DNA from: Flavobacteriales bacterium
GTDB lineage: Bacteria > Bacteroidota > Bacteroidia > Flavobacteriales_F > PHOS-HE28
Length of the DNA: 64,000 bases
Direction of reading: 5' to 3'
NCBI GenBank assembly: GCA_046329115.1
Contig: JAXLVG010000006.1
Span: 67,288 to 131,287 of the forward strand
The position numbers and the translations under genes are program-made. The notes beneath the pieces were generated by a model that had not been told where the DNA came from, ran no database searches, and worked only from the letters and a program-made list of their open reading frames with translations. Positions 30,837 through 39,151 of this stretch are shown here, in pieces. Positions within the stretch are counted from its first letter, which is position 1. Each line of letters starts with the position of its first letter.

Positions 30837-32054
30837 ATGGACTACCCGGCCACGCTGGAATACCTCTTCGCCCGGCTGCCGATGTTCTCCCGGATCGGCA
30901 AGGCGGCCTACAAGGCGGACCTGGACAACACGCACGCGCTGATGGCCATGCTGGACCATCCGGAGCGCGGGCTGCGCTGCGTGCACGTCGCCGGCACCAA
31001 CGGCAAGGGCAGTACCAGCCACTTGCTCGCCAGCATCCTCCAGGAAGCGGGCCTGCGCACCGGGCTCTACACCTCACCGCACCTGAAGGACTTCCGCGAA
31101 CGGATCCGCGTGAACGGGGCGATGATCCCGGAGGCGGCCGTCACGGTGTTCGTTGAACTCTATCGGGACCGGTTCGAACCCATCACACCCTCCTTCTTCG
31201 AATGGACCGTGGCACTGGCGTTCGATCACTTCCGCACAGTAGGAACGGACATCGCGGTGATCGAAACGGGCTTGGGCGGCCGTCTGGACAGCACGAACGT
31301 GGTGACACCCGAGGTGAGCGTGATCACCAACATCGGCTGGGACCATGCGGACCTGCTCGGTGGAAGCCTGCAGGCCATCGCACGGGAGAAGGCCGGCATC
31401 ATCAAGCGCGGCGTACCGGTGGTGGTGGGTGAAGCGGAAGGTTCGATCGCGGACGTGCTGCGCGCGAAGGCGGAGGCGGAGAAGGCGCCATGGACGCTTG
31501 TGGACCGAACGGCGGTGCAGCCCTACACCCTCGACCTGGCCGGTCCCCATCAGCAGCAGAACGCCCGCACGGTGCTGGCCACGGTGGAGCTGCTGCGCCG
31601 GCAGGGTTGGTCCATCCCCGATGCGGCGGTCGCCCGCGGGCTGGCACGCACCTGCACCAACACGGGCTTCGCCGGGCGGTGGCAGGTGATCGGTCGTGAG
31701 CCGTTGACCGTCGTGGACGTGGGCCACAACGAGGACGGCCTCCGCGTGGTGCGCACCATGCTGGCCGCCACCCCGCACCAACGCCTGCACGTGGTGCTGG
31801 GGACCGTGAACGACAAGGACCTGGGCCGCATGCTCGGCCAACTGCCCACCACGGCCACCTACTACTTCTGCAAGGCCGACATCCCCAGGGGCCTGGATGC
31901 TTCCATCCTGCGGACCCAGGCGGGCGAGCGGGGCCTTCGGGGGGATGCCTATCCTTCCGTACCCGCTGCGGTCCAGGCCGCCCGCACGGCCGCCGGTCCG
32001 GAGGACCTTGTGCTGGTGACCGGCAGCGTGTTCGTGGTGGCGGAAGCGCTCTAG
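30837..32054 (+). CDS. folC: Folylpolyglutamate synthase / dihydrofolate synthase
   Basis: HVAGTNGKGST, GLYTSPHL, IETGLGGRLDSTN, DVGHN, GSVFVVAE. Confidence 0.95.
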   Translation: MDYPATLEYLFARLPMFSRIGKAAYKADLDNTHALMAMLDHPERGLRCVHVAGTNGKGSTSHLLASILQEAGLRTGLYTSPHLKDFRERIRVNGAMIPEAAVTVFVELYRDRFEPITPSFFEWTVALAFDHFRTVGTDIAVIETGLGGRLDSTNVVTPEVSVITNIGWDHADLLGGSLQAIAREKAGIIKRGVPVVVGEAEGSIADVLRAKAEAEKAPWTLVDRTAVQPYTLDLAGPHQQQNARTVLATVELLRRQGWSIPDAAVARGLARTCTNTGFAGRWQVIGREPLTVVDVGHNEDGLRVVRTMLAATPHQRLHVVLGTVNDKDLGRMLGQLPTTATYYFCKADIPRGLDASILRTQAGERGLRGDAYPSVPAAVQAARTAAGPEDLVLVTGSVFVVAEAL

Positions 32055-32138
32055 CCGGCTTACGGGCCGGAAGCATCCGGCACTCGGATGAAGTTCTATA
32101 TTCGCGGCCCGTTCGCTCGAACGGTCGTTCTTTCCGTC

Positions 32139-32214
32139 GGAGGCCTGGCTAAGCTGGTTCAGGGCATCCCGCCCCACGGGCGGGAGGGTCGCTGGTCCGT
32201 TGTCGGTTCCTCCA
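32139..32214 (+). pseudogene. Degenerate tRNA-Val-like element
   Basis: GGAGGCCTGGCTAAGCTGGTTCAGGGCATCCCGCCCCACGGGCGGGAGGGTCGCTGGTCCGTTGTCGGTTCCTCCA aligns with the tRNA-Val(TAC) downstream; T-loop and acceptor stem are damaged. Confidence 0.7.
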
Positions 32215-32229
32215 TCGCACAATGTAGAT

Positions 32230-32304
32230 GGAGGCATAGCTCAGCTGGTTCAGAGCATCTGCCTTACAAGCAGAGGGTCGCTGGTTCGAATCCGGCTGCC
32301 TCCA
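32230..32304 (+). tRNA. tRNA-Val (TAC)
   Basis: Acceptor GGAGGCA/TGCCTCC, anticodon arm TCTGC-CTTACAA-GCAGA, T-loop TTCGAAT; CCA not encoded. Confidence 0.97.
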
Positions 32305-32325
32305 CCCCGCCGACATTGACATTCT

Positions 32326-32400
32326 GGGATCTTAGCTCAGCTGGTTCAGAGCGCATGCTTCACACGCATGAGGTCACTGGTTCGAATCCAGTAGGTCCCA
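32326..32400 (+). tRNA. tRNA-Val (CAC)
   Basis: Acceptor GGGATCT/AGGTCCC, anticodon arm CATGC-TTCACAC-GCATG, T-loop TTCGAAT. Confidence 0.95.
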
Positions 32401-32411
32401 CTCCTTAGAGC

Positions 32412-32444
32412 AGCAAGCCCTCCGAGCACATCGGGGGGCTTGCT
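32412..32444 (+). terminator. Hairpin after the tRNA-Val pair
   Basis: AGCAAGCCCTCCGA-GCACA-TCGGGGGGCTTGCT. Confidence 0.65.
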
Positions 32445-32477
32445 CGTTCGGGGGCCATCCGTACCATCTTCGTAGCC

Positions 32478-33635
32478 ATGCCCCGCGAACTGCGCCCCCT
32501 GCCCTGGATCGTGGTGGGGCTGACCGTGGCCGCCATCCTGTTGGACCTGGTGAACGGCCGGTTCTGGGCGAGCGACTTCCGTGTCTACTGGAGCGCGGCC
32601 CGCGGCCTGCTGGAGCACGGCCCGGTGTACGGCGTGGCCTTCGGGGAGAACACCGGCTTCTACAAGTACGCTCCAGTGGTGGCGATGGGCTTCGTTCCGG
32701 CGGCACTGCTCCCGTACAGCCTGGCTGCGGTGCTCCATGTATTGCTCTCCGGGCTGCTCCTGATCCCCATCCTGTTCACCCTGGAGCGCATCCTGATGCG
32801 GCACATCCTGGGGATGCACGCACCACGCATGTTGCTGCGGCAGGTGCTGGTGCTGATGTGCTGTGCCGTGCTCATCGCACGCGAGCTCCACTTGGGGAAC
32901 GTGAACCTATGGTTGGTATTGGGCGTGGTGGTGGCCACCGAAGCGCTGCTCGACGGGAGTGATGGGTTGGCCGGCGTGCTCTTCGGCGCCCTGTGGCTGC
33001 TGAAGCCGTACCTGGCCTTCATGGCGATCCCCCTGGTCGTCGGGGGACACTGGCGACCGCTGCAACGCGCCGCGCTAACGGTCGCACTGGCGTTGGTACT
33101 ACCGCTGCCGTTCCTAGGACCGCAGCGGTGGTTCGAGCTTCACCGTGAATGGCTGGGGGCCATGGCGACGCACAGCAGCTACCTTACCAGTCCCGACACC
33201 TTTCAGTCCATGCTCGGCGCCGTGGTCCGGGAACGGACGCTGGTGCATCCGGGCCTGATCATCGCGGTGGCCGCCCTCCTGCTCGCCGGATATGGCTGGT
33301 ACCAACTGCGCAGCACGCGTGTCCAGGAGCGTTCACTGGTGCTTCCGCTGTGGCTCGCCTTCGCTGCCATACCACACCTCGTGATCACCGACCAGGAGCA
33401 TTTCCTCTACAGCCTTCCGTTGATCGCTTTCGTGCTCGCGCGCGCGTTCATGCAAGGGGCGATCCCGTCCACCTGGTTGTTCGTGTCGGCCATGGCCCTG
33501 TACGCAACCCGGAGCTCCGATCTCTGGGGCGGTGCGGTAGAGGCCCAACTGGTGGCCGCAGGCGCCTTGGGGCTGGGTAACCTGCTCCTGATGGTCACGG
33601 CGCTGTGGAGCGCGAAGGCTGAGCGTCACCCCTGA
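32478..33635 (+). CDS. Glycosyltransferase family 87 (DUF2029) membrane protein
   Basis: SDFRVYWSAARGL, FYKYAP, ELHLGNVN, LLKPYL motifs in a multi-TM protein. Confidence 0.75.
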   Translation: MPRELRPLPWIVVGLTVAAILLDLVNGRFWASDFRVYWSAARGLLEHGPVYGVAFGENTGFYKYAPVVAMGFVPAALLPYSLAAVLHVLLSGLLLIPILFTLERILMRHILGMHAPRMLLRQVLVLMCCAVLIARELHLGNVNLWLVLGVVVATEALLDGSDGLAGVLFGALWLLKPYLAFMAIPLVVGGHWRPLQRAALTVALALVLPLPFLGPQRWFELHREWLGAMATHSSYLTSPDTFQSMLGAVVRERTLVHPGLIIAVAALLLAGYGWYQLRSTRVQERSLVLPLWLAFAAIPHLVITDQEHFLYSLPLIAFVLARAFMQGAIPSTWLFVSAMALYATRSSDLWGGAVEAQLVAAGALGLGNLLLMVTALWSAKAERHP

Positions 33636-33696
33636 GCCTTTCCAAGGCCGAATACGGCATCTTGATAACCAAGGACTTACGGCGTTGAGAAGTTTT

Positions 33697-33741
33697 TGTT
33701 CATGTTTTTGATCACTTTGATTGAACATTGTTCTACTTTTG
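33697..33741 (+). promoter_or_regulatory. AT-rich promoter of the sigma-crt operon with repeat/palindromic candidate operator and -7 box
   Basis: TGTTCA(33697) TGATCA(33709) TGAACA(33722); GAACA-T-TGTTC palindrome; TACTTTTG at 33734-33741. Confidence 0.5.
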
Positions 33742-33773
33742 GCGTCGTTCTGCTGAACATCACCATCACATCC

Positions 33774-34280
33774 ATGTCCACGATCGAATTCAACCAACAG
33801 CTCCTCGGCCTGCGCCAGCAACTGTACTACTTCGCGCTGAGCCTCACCCGCGACCGTGACAACGCACAGGACCTCCTTCAGGAGAGCATACTGCGCGCGC
33901 TGTCGAACCGGGACAAGTTCGCGGACAACACCAACTTCAAGGCGTGGATCTGCACGATCATGCGCAACACGTTCATCAACGACCACCGTCGTGGCAAGCG
34001 CACGAGCGCGATCATGGACCGCGTTGAGCGTGCGCAGGAGCAGGTGCGTCGGGTGGAAACGCCGGCGACCACCGAGGCGACCCTGAAAATGCGCGAGATC
34101 ACCAACAGCCTGGACCGTCTGGAGGATACCTTCCGGCAGCCGTTCCAAATGCACCACGCCGGTTACAAGTACCACGAGATCGCCGATCACCTGTCCATCC
34201 CCATCGGCACGGTGAAGAGCCGGATCCACCAGGCGCGTCAGCGGCTGATGTTCATGTTGAGCGACAAGCACATCCAATGA
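33774..34280 (+). CDS. ECF-type RNA polymerase sigma factor (carotenoid-cluster associated)
   Basis: ATG 33774; AQDLLQESILRA, NFKAWICTIMRNTFIN, YHEIADHLSIPIGTVKSRIHQAR; stop overlaps crtI start (ATGA). Confidence 0.9.
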   Translation: MSTIEFNQQLLGLRQQLYYFALSLTRDRDNAQDLLQESILRALSNRDKFADNTNFKAWICTIMRNTFINDHRRGKRTSAIMDRVERAQEQVRRVETPATTEATLKMREITNSLDRLEDTFRQPFQMHHAGYKYHEIADHLSIPIGTVKSRIHQARQRLMFMLSDKHIQ

Positions 34281-35776
34281 GCCGTTCCGCGATCGTCATC
34301 GGTTCCGGCTTTGCCGGGCTGTCTGCGGCCACTGCGCTCGCAGCGAAGGGCTTTGCCGTGACGGTCGTTGAGAAGAACGACACCCCGGGTGGGCGCGCGC
34401 GCGTGTGGCGCAAGGATGGCTTCGTCTTCGACATGGGCCCCAGCTGGTATTGGATGCCCGATGTGTTCGAACAGTGGTTCGCCAGCTTCGGCAGCTCGGT
34501 GAAGGCGCACTACGACCTGGTGCGGCTGGATCCCTCCTACCGGGTGTTCTTCGGCGATGCGGACACCTGGGACATTCCGGCCGGCACGGCCGAACTGCTG
34601 GCCCTGTTCGATCGTGTTGAGCCCGGTGCCGGCGCCCGGCTGAAGGACTTCCTGCAGGAAGCGGGCATGAAGTACCGCCTGGGCATGAACGACCTGGTCC
34701 ACCGCCCCGCCCTGCGTTGGAGCGAATTCGTGAACGCCCGCGTGGTATCCGGGATGATGCGTTCCACGGTGTTCACCTCGCTGCGCAAGCATGTGCGGTC
34801 GCGGTTCAGCGATCCCCGCCTGCAGCAGTTGTTGGAGTTCCCGGTGCTCTTCCTGGGCGCCACACCCGAGCGCACCCCGGCGCTGTACAGCCTGATGAAC
34901 TACGCCGACATGATGCTCGGCACCTGGTACCCGATGGGGGGCATGGGGCGCATTGTGGACGGCATGGTGGCCGTGGCACGGGACCACGGCGTGCACTTCC
35001 GGACGAACACACCGGTGACCCGGATCCTGGTGGAACAAGGCCGTGCACGCGGGGTGGAGACCACCGCTGGCGTGCTCCGCGCGGACCTGGTGGTGGCCGG
35101 GGCGGATTACCACCACGTGGAGACCTCGCTCCTGGATCCGGAGTTCCGCTCCTACAGCGAAGCCTATTGGGAAAGCCGCGTGATGGCGCCGAGCTCGCTG
35201 TTGTTCTACCTCGGCTTCGACCGGCGCCTGGAAGGCCTGCGCCATCACAACCTCTTCTTCGATCGGTCGCTGGACGTGCATGCGCGGGAGATCTACGATG
35301 CCCCCGCCTGGCCGAGCGACCCGCTGATGTACGTGTGCGTGCCCTCCATCACGGACCCGTCCGTGGCTCCGGCAGGCCACGAGAACGTGTTCGCCCTGAT
35401 CCCCATCGCACCCGGACTGGAGGACACGCCGGCCATCCGCGAGCGCTACCTGCGCCAGGTGCTCGACCGGATCGGTCAGCGCACCGGCATCGACGTCCGT
35501 CCCCACATGGTGCTTCAGCGCAGTTACTGCATCAACGATTTCCAAGCTGACCATAACGCTTTCCGGGGCAACGCCTACGGTCTGGCGAACACGCTACGCC
35601 AGACGGCCGTGCTCAAGCCGCGCATGAAAAGCAGACGTGTGCAGGGTCTCTACTTCACCGGTCAATTGACCGTTCCCGGTCCGGGCGTTCCGCCCTCGCT
35701 CATCAGCGGTCAGGTGGTGGCCGACCTGATCGCCAAGGAATTCCCGCAACGCGCCACTTCACCCCTACCCGCATGA
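34277..35776 (+). CDS. crtI: Phytoene desaturase
   Basis: IVIGSGFAGLSAA, GGRAR, FDMGPSWYWMPD, YPMGGM, GNAYGLANTL, PGPGVPPSLISG. Confidence 0.9.
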   Translation: MSRSAIVIGSGFAGLSAATALAAKGFAVTVVEKNDTPGGRARVWRKDGFVFDMGPSWYWMPDVFEQWFASFGSSVKAHYDLVRLDPSYRVFFGDADTWDIPAGTAELLALFDRVEPGAGARLKDFLQEAGMKYRLGMNDLVHRPALRWSEFVNARVVSGMMRSTVFTSLRKHVRSRFSDPRLQQLLEFPVLFLGATPERTPALYSLMNYADMMLGTWYPMGGMGRIVDGMVAVARDHGVHFRTNTPVTRILVEQGRARGVETTAGVLRADLVVAGADYHHVETSLLDPEFRSYSEAYWESRVMAPSSLLFYLGFDRRLEGLRHHNLFFDRSLDVHAREIYDAPAWPSDPLMYVCVPSITDPSVAPAGHENVFALIPIAPGLEDTPAIRERYLRQVLDRIGQRTGIDVRPHMVLQRSYCINDFQADHNAFRGNAYGLANTLRQTAVLKPRMKSRRVQGLYFTGQLTVPGPGVPPSLISGQVVADLIAKEFPQRATSPLPA

Positions 35777-36615
35777 ACACGATCGAGCTCTACAACAGCG
35801 TGTGCCTTGCGGCCAGTCGCACCACCACGCGCCGCTACAGCACCTCGTTCTCGCTGGGGGTGCTCTCGCTGCACGAACGGTTCCGTGACCCGATCCACGC
35901 CATCTATGGCTTCGTGCGCTTTGCGGACGAGATCGTGGACACCTTCCACGCACATGACAAGCCAGCGCTGCTGCGCCGGTTCTGGGACGACACGCACCGG
36001 GCCGTGGCGGAAGGCATCAGCCTGAACCCGATCCTGCACAGTTACCAAGCGGTGGTGAACCGCTACGGCATCGAGGCCGAGCTGTACGACACCTTCCTGC
36101 GCAGCATGGAGATGGACCTGTCGGACAGCGTGCACGACCAGCGCTCCTACGAGACCTACATCCTGGGCAGTGCCGAGGTCGTGGGACTGATGTGCCTCCG
36201 CGTGTTCTGCGAAGGCGACGATGCGCTGTACCATCGCCTGCGGCCGGCGGCCATGAAGCTTGGGGCCGCGTTCCAGAAAGTGAACTTCCTGCGCGACCTC
36301 AAGGACGATCACATGAACCTGGGACGCACCTACTTCCCCGGTATCGACATGCGCAACCTCTCCGCGGCGGACAAACGTGCCATCGAGGCCGACATCGAAG
36401 CCGACTTCGAGGCCGCCTTGGTGGGCATACGGGAGCTTCCGAAAGGGGCCCGGCTGGGCGTGTACGTGGCCTACATCTACTACCTCAACCTGTTCCGCAA
36501 GATCAAGGCCCTCCCCTTCGATCGCATCCTGCGCGAACGGATCCGTGTACGCAACCGCCGCAAGCTGGCCCTGCTCACCACGAGCTACCTGCGGCACAGC
36601 TTCGGCATGCTATGA
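35773..36615 (+). CDS. crtB: Phytoene synthase
   Basis: YSTSFSLG, IYGFVRFADEIVD, YILGSAEVVGLMC, FQKVNFLRDLKDD. Confidence 0.93.
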   Translation: MNTIELYNSVCLAASRTTTRRYSTSFSLGVLSLHERFRDPIHAIYGFVRFADEIVDTFHAHDKPALLRRFWDDTHRAVAEGISLNPILHSYQAVVNRYGIEAELYDTFLRSMEMDLSDSVHDQRSYETYILGSAEVVGLMCLRVFCEGDDALYHRLRPAAMKLGAAFQKVNFLRDLKDDHMNLGRTYFPGIDMRNLSAADKRAIEADIEADFEAALVGIRELPKGARLGVYVAYIYYLNLFRKIKALPFDRILRERIRVRNRRKLALLTTSYLRHSFGML

Positions 36616-37157
36616 ACGCCCACGATACGCACGTTGAACAGGTCACCCTCGTGAACGAGCGGGACGAGGCCATCGGCCGGATGGAGAAGCTGGAGGCCCA
36701 TCGCGTGGGTGCCCTGCACCGGGCCTTCTCCATCTTCATCTTCAACCGCGAGGGCCGCCTGTTGCTGCAGCAGCGTGCCGATGGCAAATACCACAGTCCA
36801 GGATTGTGGACCAACAGCTGTTGCGGTCACCCGCGGCCCGGCGAGCCCACGATGAAAGCCGCCCAACGCAGGCTGCACGAGGAGCTCGGCATCCGCTGCG
36901 AACTGACCGAGGAGTTCACCTTCAGCTACCGGGCGGAGTTCGGCAACGGGCTCATCGAGCACGAGCTCGACCATGTGTTCTTCGGCCGGCATGACGGTCC
37001 CTTCTTCCCCGCCAAGGAGGAGGTGAAGGACCTGCGCTGGATGCGCATGAACGACCTCGCCGATGACCTGCGGACCTCCCCGGGCATGTACACGGCGTGG
37101 CTCGCGGTATGCTGGCCCAAGGTGCTCGACCGCTTCTCGCTACGCCTACGGGCATGA
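36612..37157 (+). CDS. idi: Isopentenyl-diphosphate delta-isomerase type 1 (Nudix fold)
   Basis: ATG 36612; LHRAFSIFIFN, LLLQQRA..KY, WTNSCCGHP, RRLHEELG, EHELDHVF. Confidence 0.95.
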   Translation: MNAHDTHVEQVTLVNERDEAIGRMEKLEAHRVGALHRAFSIFIFNREGRLLLQQRADGKYHSPGLWTNSCCGHPRPGEPTMKAAQRRLHEELGIRCELTEEFTFSYRAEFGNGLIEHELDHVFFGRHDGPFFPAKEEVKDLRWMRMNDLADDLRTSPGMYTAWLAVCWPKVLDRFSLRLRA

Positions 37158-38494
37158 ACGGGGCACGCGGCATCACAGTGCACTGGTTCCGGCGCGACCT
37201 GCGGCTGGAGGACAATCACGGCCTGTTCCGGGCCCTCAGCGAGCATGGCAACGTTCAGCCGCTCTTCATCTTCGATACCGGGATCCTGGACAAGCTGGAG
37301 GACCGGGCCGACCGGCGCGTGGACCTGATCCACCGCACGCTCGAGGACCTGCAACGCCGCCTTGTGGAGCGTGGATCCACGCTGCTCGTGGCGCACGGCA
37401 GCCCCGTGGAGGTGTGGAAGACGCTCCTGGACCGGTACCCGATCACCGCTGTCACCGCCAACCACGACCACGAGCCCTATGCGCAGGCACGGGACAAAGC
37501 CGTGGGTGAACTGCTTGCAGGACGCGGCATCCCGTTCCGCACCTTCAAGGACATCAGCATCTTCGAACGCAACGAAGTGGTGAAGGACGATGGCGGCCCG
37601 TACACCGTGTACACGCCATACATGCGCAAGTGGAAGAGCCTCTTCCATCCGTCCATGGCGCAAGCGTACCCGAGCGAAAAGCATGCGGAGGCCTTCCGGC
37701 GATCGGATCCGGAGCCAATGCCCTCCCTGCAGCAGATCGGCTTCCAGCCCACGGACCTGGTGGTCCCACCCATGGAGGTGAGCGACGAACTGTTGCGCCA
37801 CTATGAACGCACGCGGGACCTGCCCGCCGTGGCCGGGACGAGCCGCATGAGCACGCACCTGCGCTTCGGCACGGTGAGCGTGCGCGCGCTGGTGCGCCGG
37901 TCGCTCGAACTGAGCCCGAAGTACCTGAACGAGCTCATCTGGCGCGAGTTCTTCATGCAGGTGCTGTGGCACTTCCCCCATCCGGAGAAGGCCTTCAAGC
38001 CCGCCTACGACCGCATCGCCTGGCGCCATGACGAACAGGACCTCGCCCGATGGACCGCGGGCCTGACCGGCTATCCGCTGGTGGACGCGGGCATGCGCGA
38101 ACTGAGCGCCACCGGCCTCATGCACAACCGGGTGCGCATGGTGGTGGCCAGCTTCCTCACCAAGCACCTGCTCATCGACTGGCGCATGGGCGAAGCCTGG
38201 TTCGCAGCGAAGCTGCTGGACTTCGAGCTCAGCAGCAACAACGGTGGCTGGCAGTGGGCGTCCGGTTCAGGCTGCGACGCCGCACCGTACTTCCGCGTGT
38301 TCAACCCGACGCTGCAGCTCCAGCGGTTCGACCCTGCGTTAACGTATGTGAAACGTTGGGTGCCCGAGCATGGAACGGTGAACTATCCGCGTCCGATGGT
38401 CGTTCATGAAACGGCCCGTGCACGTGCGCTCGCCACCTTCAAGGAAGGCCTGGAGCGATCGACCGTCACAGCCGCACAACAACGCATGTTCTGA
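37154..38494 (+). CDS. phrB: Deoxyribodipyrimidine (CPD class I) photolyase
   Basis: ATG 37154; WFRRDLRLEDN, TSRMSTHLRFG, ELIWREFF, TGYPLVDAGMREL, MHNRVRM, NNGGWQWASGSGCDAAPYFRVFNP. Confidence 0.93.
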   Translation: MNGARGITVHWFRRDLRLEDNHGLFRALSEHGNVQPLFIFDTGILDKLEDRADRRVDLIHRTLEDLQRRLVERGSTLLVAHGSPVEVWKTLLDRYPITAVTANHDHEPYAQARDKAVGELLAGRGIPFRTFKDISIFERNEVVKDDGGPYTVYTPYMRKWKSLFHPSMAQAYPSEKHAEAFRRSDPEPMPSLQQIGFQPTDLVVPPMEVSDELLRHYERTRDLPAVAGTSRMSTHLRFGTVSVRALVRRSLELSPKYLNELIWREFFMQVLWHFPHPEKAFKPAYDRIAWRHDEQDLARWTAGLTGYPLVDAGMRELSATGLMHNRVRMVVASFLTKHLLIDWRMGEAWFAAKLLDFELSSNNGGWQWASGSGCDAAPYFRVFNPTLQLQRFDPALTYVKRWVPEHGTVNYPRPMVVHETARARALATFKEGLERSTVTAAQQRMF

Positions 38495-38497
38495 ACC

Positions 38498-38656
38498 ATG
38501 GCACGCAGGAAAAAACTCATCCTCTCCCGCCCCGAACGTCCGGGAGTGACCGCCATCAAGGTGCGGCTTGACGCGCGCACCATCATCACGCTGGCCAGCA
38601 TGAAAGCGCTGGAGTTCTGGCGGCAGCGTTATCCGAACCTGCAAGTGATCGGTTGA
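38498..38656 (+). CDS. Small hypothetical protein, 52 aa (not in supplied ORF track)
   Basis: ATG 3 nt after the phrB stop; MARRKKLILSRPERPGVTAIKVRLDARTIITLASMKALEFWRQRYPNLQVIG*; fills the gap before SRPBCC exactly. Confidence 0.6.
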   Translation: MARRKKLILSRPERPGVTAIKVRLDARTIITLASMKALEFWRQRYPNLQVIG

Positions 38657-38661
38657 AAGCG

Positions 38662-39144
38662 ATGCGCGTCCTGGAACGTGAACAATGGCTGCCCATCTCC
38701 CTCAAGGAGGCGTGGGACTTCTTCGGCTCGCCGCACAACCTGTCGCGCATCACACCGGAGGACATGGGGTTCTCCATCCGTGGCGAAGTACCCGACGCGC
38801 CCGTGTTCCCCGGCCAGCGCATCACATATTCCGTCCGACCGCTCTTCGGCATCCCGCTCACCTGGGTCACCTGCATCGCCGTGGCAGAGGCACCCCACCG
38901 CTTCGTGGATGTTCAATTGCGCGGTCCCTACAAGCGCTGGTGGCACGAGCACACCTTCGTACCGAAGGACGGCGGAGTGCTGATGAAGGACCGCGTGGAG
39001 TATGAGCTGCCGCTCGGTCCGCTGGGCGACCTGATGCACCGCTGGGTGGTCAGGGAGCGGCTCCGGCGCATCTTCGATCACCGCCGCCGCGCGCTGGAGC
39101 GCATCTTCCGCCGTTCCAGCGGCGACAACGCACATGTAGCTTAG
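38662..39144 (+). CDS. SRPBCC (START-like/polyketide cyclase) family protein
   Basis: WDFFGSPHNLSRITP, FVDVQLRGPYKRWWHEHTF, MKDRVEYELPLG; start at ATG 38662 (TTG 38653 is an alternative). Confidence 0.85.
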   Translation: MRVLEREQWLPISLKEAWDFFGSPHNLSRITPEDMGFSIRGEVPDAPVFPGQRITYSVRPLFGIPLTWVTCIAVAEAPHRFVDVQLRGPYKRWWHEHTFVPKDGGVLMKDRVEYELPLGPLGDLMHRWVVRERLRRIFDHRRRALERIFRRSSGDNAHVA

Positions 39145-39151
39145 CCGCACC

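Noticed and set aside
32230-32444. tRNA genes as a possible integration site for a mobile element
   Set aside because: No integrase, no duplicated tRNA 3' end downstream, and no obvious compositional island after the tRNAs.
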